Positions 9,794 to 19,628 of a DNA stretch of 64,000 bases are shown piece by piece. Origin of the DNA: Candidatus Latescibacterota bacterium (GTDB lineage: Bacteria; Latescibacterota; UBA2968; UBA8231); contig OZ242005.1 of NCBI GenBank assembly GCA_965204725.1, positions 928,001 to 992,000 on the forward strand. The letters are read 5' to 3'. Position 1 is the first letter of the stretch; every line of letters starts with the position of its first letter. A program made the translations under genes and the position numbers. Below the pieces are notes generated by a model. It was given only the letters and a program-made list of their open reading frames with translations. It was not told the DNA's origin and searched no databases.

Positions 9794-11530
9794 CTAGTCT
9801 GCGGCCGGCGTCGCGCACTCCGCGACCCGCACGATCGCGTCCAGTTTCTCGCTAATCTCGGGATCAATTTCGCTATCGGGGATGTGCTCGGCCAACTCGT
9901 AGAAATTTTTCTTGGCCATTAGGTTGGGTAGGCCGAGCGTCTTGAAGTAGGACTTGAAGAGCGGGATGAGAAAATCATCGCTGGCTTTGATGTCGGCACT
10001 CCAAGGAGACCCCTTGCCAAGCGTCTTTAGGGCCGATTCTACGTCCTCAATGGCTTGGCTCATCGCATTTTGACGCTTCCCCTGTTCAGCCGACGTAAAC
10101 AGCGATCCCGGCGCAGCATCCGCCGCCGTCGCCCCCGCGTATGCTTTGAGTGTGGCCCGCGAGCAAATGTAGTTTTCGATCTCCCGGCGCTCCCAGATTA
10201 GGTATTCAACCGGGGACAAATCGAGAGGCTCCGATTCAAGGCGATCGAACAGGGCGACTCCACCAAGCGCGGGGAGAGCCTCCCGCAAGCCGTGGTAGTG
10301 ATTCTGAACCGCCGGGAGCTGGTTCCCTACGTATTTGACGAATGGCCGCTCAAGCACCTCAATCGCGCGGTCGTGTCGTAGCCGTCTAGCAAAAGCCTGC
10401 ATTATCGCTAAATCCGTTGAACCCTCTAGGTAGAGTACCCAGCCGGTTTGTTTCGCTTGGTAGTACTGCTCAAACCCGATCTCCCTGAGTGCTTTCAAGA
10501 CCTGACTGCCGCGGTCGTCAATGCGGTGCGGTTGGCCGACGAAAGCAACGACCAAGTCCCGGTCCGCGGCTTCGTTGAGCAGCACTTCAGAGTGACTGGC
10601 GGCGATGATCTGGCTGGTGCTGGCGCCCGCCACATCGGTGAGCAGGCGGTAGATCTGGCGCTGGCGAAGTATCTCTAGATGCGCGTCAGGCTCGTCTAGG
10701 AGCAAGACGGCACCGGGGTTGGCGTACATATATGCGAGGAGCAGCAGCGTCTGTTGCAGCCCCCGCCCGGCGGACGACAAATCGAGCTCAGCACCCTGCT
10801 CGCGATAGGTCATTGCGATCTCGCCGCGCTCGGCAATGTAGCGCGGCGGACGGAGTTTTGAGCCAAACAGGCTCTCAATCTGCTCGACGAGTTCGTCCCA
10901 CTTCGCTTCATCTTCGTCGCGAATCCGAAAACAGAGGTTGCGCAACACTTCGGCGGTGCGTCCCTCGCCGATCCGAACATTGATGGCACCGGCATCAAGG
11001 CGCGTTTCTGTAGCGGTAAGCCCCGACATGGGCGGTAGGAAGGCGGTCTGGACGCTGCGAGCGGCGGCCGGCACCGACATGCGATCGGCGACCGTGTCGT
11101 CAGACAGCCGGAGCGGCCGGCAGTAGAACGATTCGTCATTGGCGTAGTCGAACTCCAGCCCACACGTCCAGCCTTGGCCGTTGGTCACCCCTTCTACGAT
11201 GATGTCGATGCGGATATTGCTGGTGCGCTGCTGGCCCTCGACTCGGCGCACGTCTCGCACGTGTAGCCCACGCCACAGGAGGTTCGCGTCTGGAATCGGA
11301 ATGGCCACTAGGTCGCGGCGGTTGACGGTGACGCCGGGGCGCTTCTCGGGCGTGCTCTTCCCGGATCGCTTCTCGTTCCAGCGCTTGAGGCCGATGTCCC
11401 ATAAGGCGAGTGCCTGCATGGCCGAGGTCTTCCCAGAGTTGTTGGGACCGATAAAGACCACCGGACTCCCGAGTTCGATCTCAACTTCGTCAAAGCGTTT
11501 GAAGTTGTGGATGGTGAGCTTGGTAAGCAT
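9794..11530 (-). CDS. ABC-type ATPase with C-terminal TOPRIM-like domain (OLD-like ATP-dependent nuclease)
   Basis: IHNFKRF, Walker A GPNNSGKT, LSSAGRG, Walker B LLDEPDAHL, ASHS; YLEGSTD...LFDR...EIENY. Confidence 0.75.
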   Translation of the reverse strand: MLTKLTIHNFKRFDEVEIELGSPVVFIGPNNSGKTSAMQALALWDIGLKRWNEKRSGKSTPEKRPGVTVNRRDLVAIPIPDANLLWRGLHVRDVRRVEGQQRTSNIRIDIIVEGVTNGQGWTCGLEFDYANDESFYCRPLRLSDDTVADRMSVPAAARSVQTAFLPPMSGLTATETRLDAGAINVRIGEGRTAEVLRNLCFRIRDEDEAKWDELVEQIESLFGSKLRPPRYIAERGEIAMTYREQGAELDLSSAGRGLQQTLLLLAYMYANPGAVLLLDEPDAHLEILRQRQIYRLLTDVAGASTSQIIAASHSEVLLNEAADRDLVVAFVGQPHRIDDRGSQVLKALREIGFEQYYQAKQTGWVLYLEGSTDLAIMQAFARRLRHDRAIEVLERPFVKYVGNQLPAVQNHYHGLREALPALGGVALFDRLESEPLDLSPVEYLIWERREIENYICSRATLKAYAGATAADAAPGSLFTSAEQGKRQNAMSQAIEDVESALKTLGKGSPWSADIKASDDFLIPLFKSYFKTLGLPNLMAKKNFYELAEHIPDSEIDPEISEKLDAIVRVAECATPAAD

Positions 11531-11571
11531 CTGTCAGAGGCGCAGAGGCGGCTGGCCATTCAAACCGCCGG

Positions 11572-12255
11572 CTAGCCCGCCATCTCAGCGCGGATTTCCC
11601 GAATCCAATCGACGCTCTGGCGGACTTTGTCGGCTAAGCCATCCCAGTCTTGGGCGGCGACGAGTTCCTTCGTGATTAGCTTGGAGCCGGCCCCGACAGC
11701 GGCTACTCCGGCCTCGAACCACGCGGCAAGGCTTTCGCGGGTGGCATCGACGCCGCCGGTGGGCATGATGCGGGTCCAAGGACAGGGGCCGAGCACGGAT
11801 TTGACGAAGGCCGGGCCGCCGACTTCGCTGCCCGGGAATACCTTGACGATCTCGACGCCCAGCTCCTCGGCTTGGCCGATCTCGCTGACCGAGCCGCAGC
11901 CGGGCGAATAGGCAATTTTGCGGCGATTGCACAGGCGGGCGACCTCTTCGTTGAGCAGGGGGCCGACGACGAAGTTCGCGCCGTTGGCAATATAGAGGGC
12001 CGCAGTGGGCGCGTCGCATATCGAGCCAACGCCCATGATGATGTCGATTTTTTCGGCCATTACGTGGCGCACGGTCGCGGTGAAGACGTGGTAGGCCAAG
12101 TCGCCGCGATTGGTGAACTCAGCGCAGCGAGCACCTCCTCGGGCGCAGGCTTCGACAATGCGAATGGTGGTTTCCGGGTCTTCGTTATAAAAGACCGGAA
12201 CGATACCTGTGTCGTATATGGCGTTGAGGACGGCCATCCGGTCGTACTGGGCCAT
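11572..12255 (-). CDS. eda: KDPG/KHG aldolase
   Basis: EFTNR, GVGS, VKVFP Schiff-base Lys, MPTGGV. Confidence 0.88.
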   Translation of the reverse strand: MAQYDRMAVLNAIYDTGIVPVFYNEDPETTIRIVEACARGGARCAEFTNRGDLAYHVFTATVRHVMAEKIDIIMGVGSICDAPTAALYIANGANFVVGPLLNEEVARLCNRRKIAYSPGCGSVSEIGQAEELGVEIVKVFPGSEVGGPAFVKSVLGPCPWTRIMPTGGVDATRESLAAWFEAGVAAVGAGSKLITKELVAAQDWDGLADKVRQSVDWIREIRAEMAG

Positions 12256-12299
12256 TGGGTCTCCTTTTGCGTTTTATGGGTATGGCGGGGCGGGGCTGA

Positions 12300-13061
12300 T
12301 TATTGAGAAGCAAGGGCAAAGGGCATGGGTTGCTCGGGAAAGTTGCCGTAGCGATCCTCGCCGCGCACCAAGATGGTCGGATACTTGGTGCCCAGCGAGT
12401 TGAGCTCGACCTGCTCGACGTGTGGGGCTACGTAGCGCAGCGTTAGCCCGCAGCGGCGGCGATTGGAGGCATTGGGGTTGCTGGCGTGGAATAGTTGGCC
12501 GTCGTGAATGGATATCTGGCCCGGCGCGAGCACTAAATCGACGGCATGGCTGTCATCGACGAGCTCGTCGGGGATTTCCTGATTAATGCTGAGCAGGTTG
12601 CCGGCTCTAGCCGACTCGCCGTGGGTGGCAAGGCCGTTTTTGTGCGAGCCGGGGATGACCCGCATACAACCGTTTTCCACATCGCTGGCATCCACGGCCA
12701 CCCAAGCGGTGTGGGCCTCGGGCGGCTGCAAGCCCCAATAGGTGACGTCTTGATGCCAAGCCACAAAGTGCTTGGCCTCCGGGTCGGGATATTTGCAGAA
12801 AAAGTGCGTCGATAGCAGCATGATGTCCGCGCCCATGACCTCCTGCATGGCGTTGAGGACGCGCGGGTCCGTGGCCATCTGCCATATAAATTCTTCGTTG
12901 AGGTGGCGAGCCTGAAGCCCGATCTGGCACTTTTCTCGGCCTTCGCGCGCTTCCAACTCGTCGAAGCAAGCCCGGAAGTGATGGATCTCGCTAGGGCTGA
13001 ACAGGTCAATGCCCGTGAGAAAGCCCTGCTCGGCGTACGTCTGGGCGGCGGTTTGGGTCAT
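12300..13061 (-). CDS. Phytanoyl-CoA dioxygenase (PhyH) family 2OG-Fe(II) oxygenase
   Basis: WHQD, NGCMRVIPGSH, HASNPN..RR; start placed at MTQTAA after a GGAG RBS. Confidence 0.87.
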   Translation of the reverse strand: MTQTAAQTYAEQGFLTGIDLFSPSEIHHFRACFDELEAREGREKCQIGLQARHLNEEFIWQMATDPRVLNAMQEVMGADIMLLSTHFFCKYPDPEAKHFVAWHQDVTYWGLQPPEAHTAWVAVDASDVENGCMRVIPGSHKNGLATHGESARAGNLLSINQEIPDELVDDSHAVDLVLAPGQISIHDGQLFHASNPNASNRRRCGLTLRYVAPHVEQVELNSLGTKYPTILVRGEDRYGNFPEQPMPFALASQ

Positions 13062-13164
13062 GGTGGCTCCGTTTTTGTAGGGCGGCGGTTTCGTGTATAT
13101 ATTGCACAAATCCCCCGTGCGAAACAAGGCTTGGTTCGCCGCATCAACCTAGAGGAAGGCCGCG

Positions 13165-14397
13165 ATGGGCAGGGTGCAGATCAACGAGGAATTGCTATCT
13201 AGCAGCGCCTATTTTGCCGCAGAAAATCGGCGGGCCGCGCTGGCCGCGCTGTTTGAATTCCGCGACCGGCGGGTCGTATTCGGGGCGGGTGCCCTAGCGC
13301 AGCTAGCGGCCGAGTGCGTCCGCCTCGGCGCGGGCCGGGTGTTGCTAATCCACGATCCGGGCATTACCCCACTCGTCGCCCTAGTCCGCCAAGCCCTCGG
13401 CCGCCTAGACGTGGTGGGCACGTATAGCGAGATCGCACCCAATCCCTCGGTCCTCAGCGTCGATTCCTGCGCCCGCACGCTGGCGGCCGCGGATTTCGAT
13501 GTGGCCGTCGCCTTGGGCGGGGGCAGCACGATGGACACGGCCAAGGCCGCGCTCTGCACCGCTGCTGCTGGCGGCTCCGTGGCCGATTACTTTGGCTTCG
13601 ACCGCTACGAAAATCCGCCGCTGGCTCCGCTCGTCGGCATCCCGACTACTGCGGGCACGGGCAGCGAAGTCAGCCGGGTGGCAGTAATCGCCGACGCAAC
13701 CGGCAAGAAGGCCGTGTACAGCCGCTATTTACAGCCCAAGGCCGCGCTGATAGACCCGCGTTTGCACCAAAACATGCCGCCGGTATTGACCGCAATCACG
13801 GGCTTAGATGCCCTCGGCCACGCCCTCGAATGCACGGCCTCCACCAAGAGCAATGCCACGGGCGACGCCGTGGCGCGGGCCGCCCTGACTGCGGGGTGCC
13901 CGGCCTACGTGCAAGCCGTAGTCCGCGGCGATCCAGACGCTCGCCATCAAATGGCGCGTTGCGCCCTGCTGGCCGGGCTGCTGTTGAGCCCAATCAACAC
14001 CGGGGCCGGTCACGCCCTCGGCTACGGAATCGAAAAGGTCTCCTTTGAGCGCGGCGCACCCGTGCCGCACGGCGCGGCCGTAGCTCTCGTCTTGCCGGGC
14101 GTGATGCGGCACAACGCCCCGGCCGTGGCCGACAAATACTACTTTGCCGCTGGCGCGGCCGGGCTGCCCTTGGGCGGCAAGAGCCGCGAGGCGGGCGTTG
14201 AGCTGGCGGCGGCGTGGATCGACGGACTGCGGCGGCAGCACACCCCATACGGCTCGCTGGGCGCGGCCGGGATAAGCGCGGCCGACATTCCGCAAATGGT
14301 CGAAAGTGCCCTGAGCGTCCAGCGCTTGCTCGAACCCAACCCGGTCGCCGTGGAAGCAGACGATGCGGCCCGCATCTATCAGAACGCACTACATTAA
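13165..14397 (+). CDS. Iron-containing alcohol dehydrogenase
   Basis: GGGSTMD, PTTAGTGSE, DALGHALE, GHALG, PHG. Confidence 0.88.
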   Translation: MGRVQINEELLSSSAYFAAENRRAALAALFEFRDRRVVFGAGALAQLAAECVRLGAGRVLLIHDPGITPLVALVRQALGRLDVVGTYSEIAPNPSVLSVDSCARTLAAADFDVAVALGGGSTMDTAKAALCTAAAGGSVADYFGFDRYENPPLAPLVGIPTTAGTGSEVSRVAVIADATGKKAVYSRYLQPKAALIDPRLHQNMPPVLTAITGLDALGHALECTASTKSNATGDAVARAALTAGCPAYVQAVVRGDPDARHQMARCALLAGLLLSPINTGAGHALGYGIEKVSFERGAPVPHGAAVALVLPGVMRHNAPAVADKYYFAAGAAGLPLGGKSREAGVELAAAWIDGLRRQHTPYGSLGAAGISAADIPQMVESALSVQRLLEPNPVAVEADDAARIYQNALH

Positions 14398-14416
14398 CGG
14401 CGAAAGGAACCGCGCG

Positions 14417-14890
14417 ATGGCGTTTGATCCCCTGCTTCAGCGACAAATTATGGGCCGCTTTGCCACGGGCGTCACCGTGGTGACCACCCGCTCGGACGGC
14501 CAGCTTTGGGGCATGACGGCCAACGCGGTCATGTCCCTGTCCCTGTCGCCCCCGCTGGTGGTGGTCTCGGTTGACAAAAGCGCGTCCATGCACGGCCTCT
14601 TGCAAAAAGCTGAGGGCTTTGCCATCAACATCCTCAAGCGAGAGCAGGAGGACCTCTCCGTGCGCTTTGCCCAGCGCGGCCCCAAGGACTTTGCGGATCT
14701 AGCGACGAAAGTGGCCCAGACAGGTGCGCCGATTTTGGCCGACGCCTTGGCCTACGTGGACTGCAAGCTGGTACAAATCGCCGCTGCGGGCGACCACGAC
14801 ATGTTCATCGGCCAATGCCTAGCCGGCGAGGGGGGCGATGGCGCGCCGCTGATCTTTTTTGGCGGTCGGTACGCCGAATTGGCCAATTAG
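14417..14890 (+). CDS. Flavin reductase-like protein
   Basis: [23 protein letters not shown]. Confidence 0.88.
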   Translation: MAFDPLLQRQIMGRFATGVTVVTTRSDGQLWGMTANAVMSLSLSPPLVVVSVDKSASMHGLLQKAEGFAINILKREQEDLSVRFAQRGPKDFADLATKVAQTGAPILADALAYVDCKLVQIAAAGDHDMFIGQCLAGEGGDGAPLIFFGGRYAELAN

Positions 14891-14919
14891 GGCGGACCCC
14901 AAGAGAAAGGAATGCTGCG

Positions 14920-15333
14920 ATGAAGAAAAAGATCGTCAAAAGCGATGCCGAGTGGCGGCGGGAACTGACCCAAGAGCAATACGACATAACGCGGCAGAAG
15001 GGCACGGAACGAGCGTTTACCGGCGCGCTCTGCGACAACAAGGAGTCCGGGGTCTATCGCTGCGTCTGCTGCGGCAGCGAGTTGTTCAGCTCGGCAACCA
15101 AGTACGATTCGCGGTCCGGTTGGCCTAGTTTTTGGCAGCCCATCGCCGCGACCCAGGTCGCCGAGGAGCGCGACACGAGCCACGGCATGGTGCGCACCGA
15201 GGTCCTGTGTAGCCAATGCGACGCCCATCTCGGCCACGTCTTCAACGACGGCCCCCAGCCGACCGGCCTACGCTACTGCGTGAACTCAGCGGCACTCCAG
15301 TTCGAGCGCGAGCAGGAAGGCGAAACCCCTTGA
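14920..15333 (+). CDS. msrB: Peptide-methionine (R)-S-oxide reductase
   Basis: [34 protein letters not shown]. Confidence 0.95.
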   Translation: MKKKIVKSDAEWRRELTQEQYDITRQKGTERAFTGALCDNKESGVYRCVCCGSELFSSATKYDSRSGWPSFWQPIAATQVAEERDTSHGMVRTEVLCSQCDAHLGHVFNDGPQPTGLRYCVNSAALQFEREQEGETP

Positions 15334-16136
15334 ACGACGAGAGATACTTGCGGATTGTGCTCGAATGCCTTCGAGTATCCGCAGAGTATAGGCCAAAGTT
15401 CGGTCGGGGAAGTAGAGACAAGGGCCTGTCGTTGGACGAGTTTCAAGTGCTTTATGGCAGCGATCCCTTCTATTCTTGGTTTGGCCTTGACAATCCGTTG
15501 ATGTACGCCGCCCATAAGGCCGCGGGCGGCATGACAAGCGTTTACAGGCAGATCGGGAGCGGATGCGAAGAGTTGGTTCGCACCATCTTGCAGGATTGCC
15601 TAGGGCTTTCCGCAGAAGACGCGAACTGGTCTTATGAACTCCCAAGGCCCGATGGCAAGACGAGGAGGCTCCACCTCGACGGGCGAGTAATTTTGGACAA
15701 GATCGGCGACGAAGCCTCTCGTAGGCGTTTTCGCCAATGGATGCAGGCTTCGGCAAGCCTTGTAAACGTGGATTCTGGCGTATCTGCAACCTTAAAGGGC
15801 ACTGTCTTTGAGATTCGCCAAGGCTACAAAAGCAAGGACTCCAAGAGGCAAAACGCCGATATCGCCAACGCTGCGAACGCCTACGCACAAGCCTACTTGC
15901 CTTGCGCCTTAATCCTGTCCACGCAGATCGACTCGGAGGTCCAGTTGCGATACAGGGCGCAGAAGTGGTCCATCCTCACCGGTGTAACCGGGGTATCAGA
16001 TCCTTTGGCATCCACCTACGATTTTCTGCAGGAGGTCGTAGGTTATGACTTAGCGGGATTTTTTAGCCGGAATCAGGATGCCCTGAAAAGTGAAATCGAC
16101 TCGATTCTCGGCAAACTGCTGGAGCCGTCGCCATGA
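15330..16136 (+). CDS. Putative type II restriction endonuclease (PD-(D/E)xK-like)
   Basis: TTG start overlaps the msrB stop; its own stop overlaps the methyltransferase ATG; candidate catalytic residues LHLDGRV...FEIRQGYK; lower GC than flanks. Confidence 0.65.
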   Translation: MNDERYLRIVLECLRVSAEYRPKFGRGSRDKGLSLDEFQVLYGSDPFYSWFGLDNPLMYAAHKAAGGMTSVYRQIGSGCEELVRTILQDCLGLSAEDANWSYELPRPDGKTRRLHLDGRVILDKIGDEASRRRFRQWMQASASLVNVDSGVSATLKGTVFEIRQGYKSKDSKRQNADIANAANAYAQAYLPCALILSTQIDSEVQLRYRAQKWSILTGVTGVSDPLASTYDFLQEVVGYDLAGFFSRNQDALKSEIDSILGKLLEPSP

Positions 16137-17374
16137 CCGAGATGCTTCGACGTTCGCTCGCGCAAAGGGCAGATTACACCCACAAGCACAACGCCGAATC
16201 CGGGCGGCACGGTTGGCTGCGCCTGACTCCTGCGTACTCGCTCAAAATTGTCGATGAAGTTCTGCGGGCTTACGAAGGAATCGCCGAAATCAATGTTTTC
16301 GATCCTTTTTGCGGGACCGGGACCACTGCTCTTTGTGCGGGGTATCGCGGGCACACCGCAGTCACCGTGGAAATCAATCCCTTTCTGGTCTGGTTTAGTC
16401 GCACCAAGACCGACTCTTATTCCACACAGGTGATTTCCGAACTGAATCAGGTTGGCCATGCGGTGTCTGACGACATCCGCCACGGCAGGGCACCGGGCGC
16501 ACCAGCACCGCGCATGTACAACATTGAACGGTGGTGGAACGCCACCGCACTCGATTTCCTCTGCGCCCTGAAGGGTGCCATAGATTCCAAGTTTGCCGAA
16601 GAGAGCAAGCAACGTTCTTTGCTTTTGGTCGCGTTCTGTAGGACGTTGATTCACCTTTCCAATGCCGCCTTTAATCACCAGTCCATGTCCTTTAAGTTGG
16701 GCGTTCAAACAACCTTTGATTTCGATACCGACTTGTGCGGAATTTTTATTAAAAACCTGAACTTCGTTCTAGGGGGAGCGAGGCAGAATCCAGCCGGCCG
16801 GGTATGCGTCCACCGCGCCGACTCTCGCCGGCTGGCAAAAAGAGATGCCGACTCCGTCGATTGCGTCATTACTTCGCCTCCGTACGCGAACCGGATGTCG
16901 TACATTCGCGAGCTTCGCCCATACATGTACTGGCTCGGCTATCTCGTGGATGGCCGCGATGCCGGGGAAATGGATTGGGAAGCCATTGGAGGGACTTGGG
17001 GGATTGCTACCAGCAGACTAGAAAAATGGTCGGCTCCAGCGCACGGGTACCAATCTAGACTACTGAGCGATGCCGTGAAAAGAATTAGGAAGGCAGAAAA
17101 CAGAAATGGCCGGCTTTTGGCCAACTACGTTTCAAAGTACTTCAGCGATATGTGGAGTCATTTTCAATCGCTGATCGGCGTACTCAACCATGGAGCGACG
17201 ATTCACTACATCGTAGGCAATTCAACGTTCTATGGAGTCTTGGTCCCGGTTGAGCAGATCTATGCGGATATGTTGTCCCGGCTCGGGTTTTCCAACGTGG
17301 AGTGCGTTCCCATCCGAAAGCGCAATTCCAAAAAGGAGCTGATCGAGTTTGACGTACGGGCGCGCTGGAAATAA
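16133..17374 (+). CDS. DNA amino-methyltransferase, probably N4-cytosine
   Basis: Motif I DPFCGTGTT precedes motif IV TSPPY. Confidence 0.85.
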   Translation: MTEMLRRSLAQRADYTHKHNAESGRHGWLRLTPAYSLKIVDEVLRAYEGIAEINVFDPFCGTGTTALCAGYRGHTAVTVEINPFLVWFSRTKTDSYSTQVISELNQVGHAVSDDIRHGRAPGAPAPRMYNIERWWNATALDFLCALKGAIDSKFAEESKQRSLLLVAFCRTLIHLSNAAFNHQSMSFKLGVQTTFDFDTDLCGIFIKNLNFVLGGARQNPAGRVCVHRADSRRLAKRDADSVDCVITSPPYANRMSYIRELRPYMYWLGYLVDGRDAGEMDWEAIGGTWGIATSRLEKWSAPAHGYQSRLLSDAVKRIRKAENRNGRLLANYVSKYFSDMWSHFQSLIGVLNHGATIHYIVGNSTFYGVLVPVEQIYADMLSRLGFSNVECVPIRKRNSKKELIEFDVRARWK

Positions 17375-17390
17375 TCCGCAATCCCTATCC

Positions 17391-18629
17391 CTACGCCCGC
17401 TCCAGCACGACCCCCTCGCGCTCAATCCGATCGAACATCGCTCGGTACTCCTCCGTTCCGTCGTCGTCCCAATAGTCGGTTTCAATGGGCGCGGCATAGC
17501 TCATGGGCATCAGGCGGTTGCGGTCGGGCCGCACCATGAAAAGCGAGTGGGCCGGGTCGGCGATATTGTACATGCGGGTGCCGTTTTTGAAGCGCGATTT
17601 GATGATCCACTTGTCTTGCGCCGGCAGCTTTTGCGCTTTCAGCCGCTCCAACTCCCTCCGATCTAAGGTCAGCCCAAGCCCCGGTTTTTCCGGGACCCGC
17701 ACCAAGCCATTGATCGGGTCCAGCCGCTCTTCCACTACGTCGCTTTGCCAGACTTCGCAATCGTTGTGGCAGTGAAAGGTGCCCGTGGGCGAGGCCGCCA
17801 TTATATGGACGACCATGGCGCGGGTGATGGCTCCGCCGACGTTTTGCAGCATAAAGGGCTTGCCCGCAGCGGCAAACAAGCCGGCGCGGCGCATGGCGTC
17901 GCCAATTTTTGCATGCCCGAGCATGTAGATATCGGCCGGCCCCATCAGCACCTCATAAGTGGCCCCCAGCGGGTAGTGGTGCAAGACGATGGGCCGCTTG
18001 GCCCGCTTGCGTAGGTCGATGTAGCCCTCAATATCCCCGGGCGGCAATGGGTCCTCAAAGCAACCGGCAATCGGATAGGCGGCTAGTTTTTCCACCAGCT
18101 CGGGTATGTGGTCGTCCGTGCCGTGCATGGTGAAGTCGTAGTGGATTTTGAAGCCGGGCGGCGCGACCGCCTGCATGGCCTCGGTCTGGTCAAAGACGTT
18201 TTCAAAGGGCGAGAGGTGGTACTTTAGCCAAGTGTAGCCCTGCTCCGCATAGCGGGTTACGGCCTCGGCCATCCGCTGGGGATGGGTCGATACCGTCCAA
18301 GCCCCCACGGGTACAAACGACCGATACTTCTGGCCGAAGAGCTTATAGACGGGGACGCCCGCGGCCTGCCCCATCAGGTCGTACATGGCCGTGCCCAACC
18401 CCAGCGAGGTCTCGTCGCCGACCCAGTCAAAGGGGTTGCTGCCGATGTACTGGTCTAGGGTCTCCTGCGGCTCAGGATGGCCGCTCTCGCCGAGGCCAAT
18501 CCGGCCGTCGTCGGTGTGGGCGATGTACACCGTGCGGCTCGCCGGGCCGTAGTAGTGGTTGAGCGGATAGGCGATCCAGTCGCGATAGGCCAGCGCGATC
18601 TCGTGGACTTCGATTTGGGTCACTTGCAT
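17391..18629 (-). CDS. Mandelate racemase/muconate lactonizing enzyme (enolase superfamily)
   Basis: AMYDLMGQAAGVPVYKLFG, WLKYH, FEDP, PEKPGLG. Confidence 0.8.
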   Translation of the reverse strand: MQVTQIEVHEIALAYRDWIAYPLNHYYGPASRTVYIAHTDDGRIGLGESGHPEPQETLDQYIGSNPFDWVGDETSLGLGTAMYDLMGQAAGVPVYKLFGQKYRSFVPVGAWTVSTHPQRMAEAVTRYAEQGYTWLKYHLSPFENVFDQTEAMQAVAPPGFKIHYDFTMHGTDDHIPELVEKLAAYPIAGCFEDPLPPGDIEGYIDLRKRAKRPIVLHHYPLGATYEVLMGPADIYMLGHAKIGDAMRRAGLFAAAGKPFMLQNVGGAITRAMVVHIMAASPTGTFHCHNDCEVWQSDVVEERLDPINGLVRVPEKPGLGLTLDRRELERLKAQKLPAQDKWIIKSRFKNGTRMYNIADPAHSLFMVRPDRNRLMPMSYAAPIETDYWDDDGTEEYRAMFDRIEREGVVLERA

Positions 18630-18636
18630 CTCAGAA

Positions 18637-19620
18637 TCAGGGGAATTTGAGCACGACCTTCAGGGCTTGGTGCGGCTCGGGATCGTCAAAGGCCATGGCA
18701 AAGGCTTGCTGGATCGCGGCAAAGGGCAGGACGTGGCTGACAATCGGAGCGACGTCGATGCGCCCTTGGACGATCCAGTCGAGCGCGGGCCGGTAGTCGC
18801 GGTCGGGGTTGGGGCCAATGGAAAAAACCAAGCGCAGCTCTTGGCGCAACAAATCCAACATCTTGACGGACATCAAGCCCTCGGCGTCTTCTTTGTCCGG
18901 GACGCCAAAGCAGATCACCTCGGCATTGCGCTGGCAGAGGGCCGGCACGAGGCCGAGGCTCGCGGCCACGCCCACGGCCTCAACTGCGAGACCGGCCATG
19001 GCCCCGCCCGTGATCTCGGCGACCGCCGCGACCGGGTCTTGGGATGCCGAGCAAATCGCGTGCGTGGCCCCCATCCGCCGGCCCACTGCCAAGCGATAGG
19101 GCAGCCGATCGATCGCCACGATGCGGCGGGCGCCGAGGTTGCGCAACACCGCGTTGAACAGCAGTCCCACCGGACCTTGGCCCAGCACGACCACATCGCG
19201 GTTGATGATGTTGCCCAGCTTGTAGAAGCTGTGAATCACCGTGCCCAAAAGCTGGCTCATCAGCACCTTTTCTGCGGGCAGATCGCCGGGCAGCCGGATG
19301 CAGCGGCCATCGTCTTGGGCGAGGACGTATTCTTGAAAAAGCCCGCGGTCAAATCCCCACAACAACACCCGCTCGCCCTCCCGATAGCGCCCCGAAGAAC
19401 AGGCTTCGACCACGCCCAGCCCTTCGTGCCCCGTGGCCCCGGGCGGCTGCGGATAGTGCTTGTGGACGCCGCAAAATGGCGGCTTGTCGCTGCCGCAGAT
19501 CGCGACCCGCTCCATTTTTACGAGCATCTGGTCGGCGGTCGGCTGGGGTTTGGCTGTCTCGATGAGTTCCCACTGACGCGGGGCGACTAATTGGGCCGCA
19601 CGCATGCCTTTCCTTTCCAT
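18637..19620 (-). CDS. Zn-binding dehydrogenase (MDR family)
   Basis: ICGSD, GHEG, GQGPVG. Confidence 0.85.
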   Translation of the reverse strand: MERKGMRAAQLVAPRQWELIETAKPQPTADQMLVKMERVAICGSDKPPFCGVHKHYPQPPGATGHEGLGVVEACSSGRYREGERVLLWGFDRGLFQEYVLAQDDGRCIRLPGDLPAEKVLMSQLLGTVIHSFYKLGNIINRDVVVLGQGPVGLLFNAVLRNLGARRIVAIDRLPYRLAVGRRMGATHAICSASQDPVAAVAEITGGAMAGLAVEAVGVAASLGLVPALCQRNAEVICFGVPDKEDAEGLMSVKMLDLLRQELRLVFSIGPNPDRDYRPALDWIVQGRIDVAPIVSHVLPFAAIQQAFAMAFDDPEPHQALKVVLKFP

Positions 19621-19628
19621 CTAAAGTT

